Assembly: GCF_000142905.1 (NCBI RefSeq)
Contig: NW_013657652.1
Coordinates: forward strand, 62,001 to 126,000
Reading direction: 5' to 3'
From: Thecamonas trahens ATCC 50062
Lineage: Eukaryota; Protista; Apusomonadida
DNA length: 64,000 nt
Shown here: piece after piece, positions 62,062 to 64,000 of the stretch
Layout of the letters: the number at the start of each line of letters is the position of its first letter
How positions within the stretch are numbered: the stretch's first letter is position 1
Program-made: the position numbers and the translations under genes
Notes under the pieces: model-generated
Database searches by the model: none
Seen by the model: the letters and a program-made list of their open reading frames with translations, nothing else
Told to the model about the DNA's origin: nothing

Positions 62062-62181
62062 CACACACACACGCGACAAGGATGTAGTGGAAGAGAAGGT
62101 CATGGGGTACATACACATGTCGTCATCGTCGTCGTCTCCAAACAAACTAGACTTGGGCTCGTCAAACAGCGACGCCGCCAT
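57346..62181 (-). CDS. Large low-complexity protein with acidic LF/DPF motifs, coiled coil and C-terminal WW domain; exon 1 62115-62181, exon 2 from 61831; apparent frameshift at ~58225
   Basis: A phase-1 intron GTATGT…GGGTAG gives DDDDM-SLFSGG. The AK-repeat continues into the 57346 frame after one added base. WW-like LPRYWRMGHDVKGRVFFYHRKTQVRTYRHP. Confidence 0.72.
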
Positions 62182-62587
62182 CTCACCCTCTCTCTCTCCC
62201 TCCCCTAGACTCGGGCAGGAGAGACAGTGGCGTGTGAGCGGGTTGCGCTGGCGGTGTGGCTGGCTCAAAGGCTGCGCTGCTGGCTCGTTGGCCCGCCACA
62301 AAAAAATTGTGTGCTGCTTGTCGAATTACGATTGTTGATTGGTGCTGGTTTGTTGGTGGGCAGCACGAGACGAAAATTGCTGTGAGCAGCAAAGGAGAGG
62401 CACGGACAGACATTTTGCGGCAAGAGCACTCTGAACAAGGGCTTCGCCGCGAGTATTCGCTTCTCTCACATTGTGACATAGAGTATGTGTATGGAGGGGG
62501 TGCCACGTCTGAAGGGCATGGGTCATTGCGTGGGGAGGGAGAGGAAGTGCGCTGACTCACGTGTGTGGTTGACCCGTTGCAGAGACC

Positions 62588-64000
62588 ATGCTCCGTCCCA
62601 CGCTTTTCGCGGCCTTGGCTTGTCTGCTTATGCTGACGCTAGCCGCGCGTGCTGCCATGGCAGCAACTATTTCCGTTTCGACCACTTCGCAACTGACCAA
62701 CGCCATCAACTCGGTCTCCCCCGGAGACACTATCGAGTTGGCGGCTGGTGCCTCGTTCAACTACGCTGGAGTGACTCGGCTGACATGTGACGTCGATGGT
62801 ACGGCCTCCAACCCTATCACCGTCCGTGGCCTGCCTGGCTCGACCATGACCTGGACCCACTCCTCCAACTACGTCGAGGGTTTTGTGGTTACTGGCAAGC
62901 ATTGGATTTTCGAGGACCTCGACATCACCGGCACCTGCTCCAACCACAACTACTGCGAGCACGCGTTCCACGTCCAGGGCGACGCTGACTTTTTCGTCAT
63001 GCGCCGCTGCGTCATCCGCGACTTTAACGCCCAGATCAAGTCGAACATCGGGGGTGGCCAGTTCCCTGACGATTGTCTCCTCGAGCACAACGAGTTCTAC
63101 AACACCGGCGGGCGCCGGACCTCAGCGCCGGTCACCCCGGCCAACATCGATGGTGGCGAGCGGTGGATTGTCCGCAACAACTACTTCCACGATGCGTGGA
63201 AGGACGGCGGCAACACCATCTCGTACCAGACGTTCATGAAGTCCAACGGCGCCGACGGCATCTACGAGGGCAACCTCATCGCCTGCTCGGTCCTCCACTC
63301 GGGCGGCGTGCGCATCGGTATTTCGTTTGGCGGCGGCGGCACGTCGCCAGACTCGGTGTGCGGGCAGGGGACATGCAACCCGGAGCACCGCCGCGGCATC
63401 ATGCGCAACAACGTGATCATCAACTGCGCCGCCATCGGCATCTACCTCAACGAGGCGCGCGACACCAAGATCTACAACAACATCCTGTACAACACCGACG
63501 GCATCGACGTGCGGTTCGCAACCTCGACCGCCGACATCCGCAACAACATCATCGCCGGCGGCGACATCTCTGACCGCGACGGCGGCTCGTCGACCAGTGG
63601 CTCCAACTGGCTCACCAGCACTGCCGTGGCTGCCTCTGCCTTTGTCGATGCCGCAGGCGGCGACTTCCGTCTCTCCGGCGACTCGTCGCAGCGGTCGAAC
63701 TTTATCAACGCTGGCGTTTCGCTGTCGCAGGTCACCAACGACTTTTGCCGGCGCTCCCGGAGCTCGCCGCACGACATCGGCGCGGTCGACTACTCGCAGG
63801 GCTCGTGTGACACTTCGGATCCGCTGGCAGTCGGCGGCGGGACGCCATCTCCGACCCCCGCCCCGACCCCGACCCCGGCCCCGACCCCGACCCCGGCCCC
63901 GACCCCGGGACCAGTCATGTGCTCCGGTACCTCCGTCATCAACTCGGGCACATCGGGCACCATCTCGATGCCGACGCCGTTCTCGACCACCTACTACTAC
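62588..64000 (+). CDS. Secreted right-handed beta-helix (pectate lyase/chondroitinase-B-like) protein with PT-rich linker and probable start of a CUB domain; 3'-partial and absent from the ORF track
   Basis: Own translation: signal peptide MLRPTLFAALACLLMLTLA, AINSVSPGDTIEL, GTASNPITVRG, CEHAFHVQGDAD, DFNAQIK, WIVRNNYFHD, GIMRNNVIINC, then TPAPTP repeats and CSGTSVINSGTSGTIS; I found no stop before the window end. Confidence 0.85.
   Translation, partial: MLRPTLFAALACLLMLTLAARAAMAATISVSTTSQLTNAINSVSPGDTIELAAGASFNYAGVTRLTCDVDGTASNPITVRGLPGSTMTWTHSSNYVEGFVVTGKHWIFEDLDITGTCSNHNYCEHAFHVQGDADFFVMRRCVIRDFNAQIKSNIGGGQFPDDCLLEHNEFYNTGGRRTSAPVTPANIDGGERWIVRNNYFHDAWKDGGNTISYQTFMKSNGADGIYEGNLIACSVLHSGGVRIGISFGGGGTSPDSVCGQGTCNPEHRRGIMRNNVIINCAAIGIYLNEARDTKIYNNILYNTDGIDVRFATSTADIRNNIIAGGDISDRDGGSSTSGSNWLTSTAVAASAFVDAAGGDFRLSGDSSQRSNFINAGVSLSQVTNDFCRRSRSSPHDIGAVDYSQGSCDTSDPLAVGGGTPSPTPAPTPTPAPTPTPAPTPGPVMCSGTSVINSGTSGTISMPTPFSTTYYY

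Overview
Gene-dense, GC-rich eukaryotic nuclear DNA with few GT-AG introns (donors mostly GTACGT/GTATGT), microsatellite-rich non-coding DNA and a 400-N gap. The style suggests a unicellular protist such as the apusomonad Thecamonas, but this is inference only. I support about 22 protein genes: a four-domain voltage-gated cation channel, NBAS/Sec39, an FZL/bacterial-type dynamin, an MCTP-like protein, a DnaQ-like exonuclease, a receptor nucleotidyl cyclase, a beta-propeller-like membrane protein, a lectin/sushi/FN3 multi-TM receptor, a claudin-like protein, SAC9, PKA-R, GST, two putative Golgi glycan enzymes, DPH3, cytosine deaminase, a CaMK-group kinase, an unknown protein, a C2H2 protein, AK6, DPH1, an acidic LF-motif/WW protein and a secreted beta-helix protein. 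I saw no RNA genes, CRISPR arrays or transposases. Main highlights: (1) the channel has a D/D/H/D selectivity ring; (2) a 787-bp copy of neighbouring DNA sits in an intron between 4-bp ACAT direct repeats, creating new splice sites and an in-frame chimeric gene, and a second 73-bp copy has similar flanks; (3) NBAS carries 15 tandem acidic-Trp motifs resembling COPI-binding motifs; (4) the receptor cyclase lacks half of its catalytic residues; (5) five single-base frameshifts all run in the same direction and are probably sequencing errors. Family assignments come from motif recognition by eye; no searches were run.
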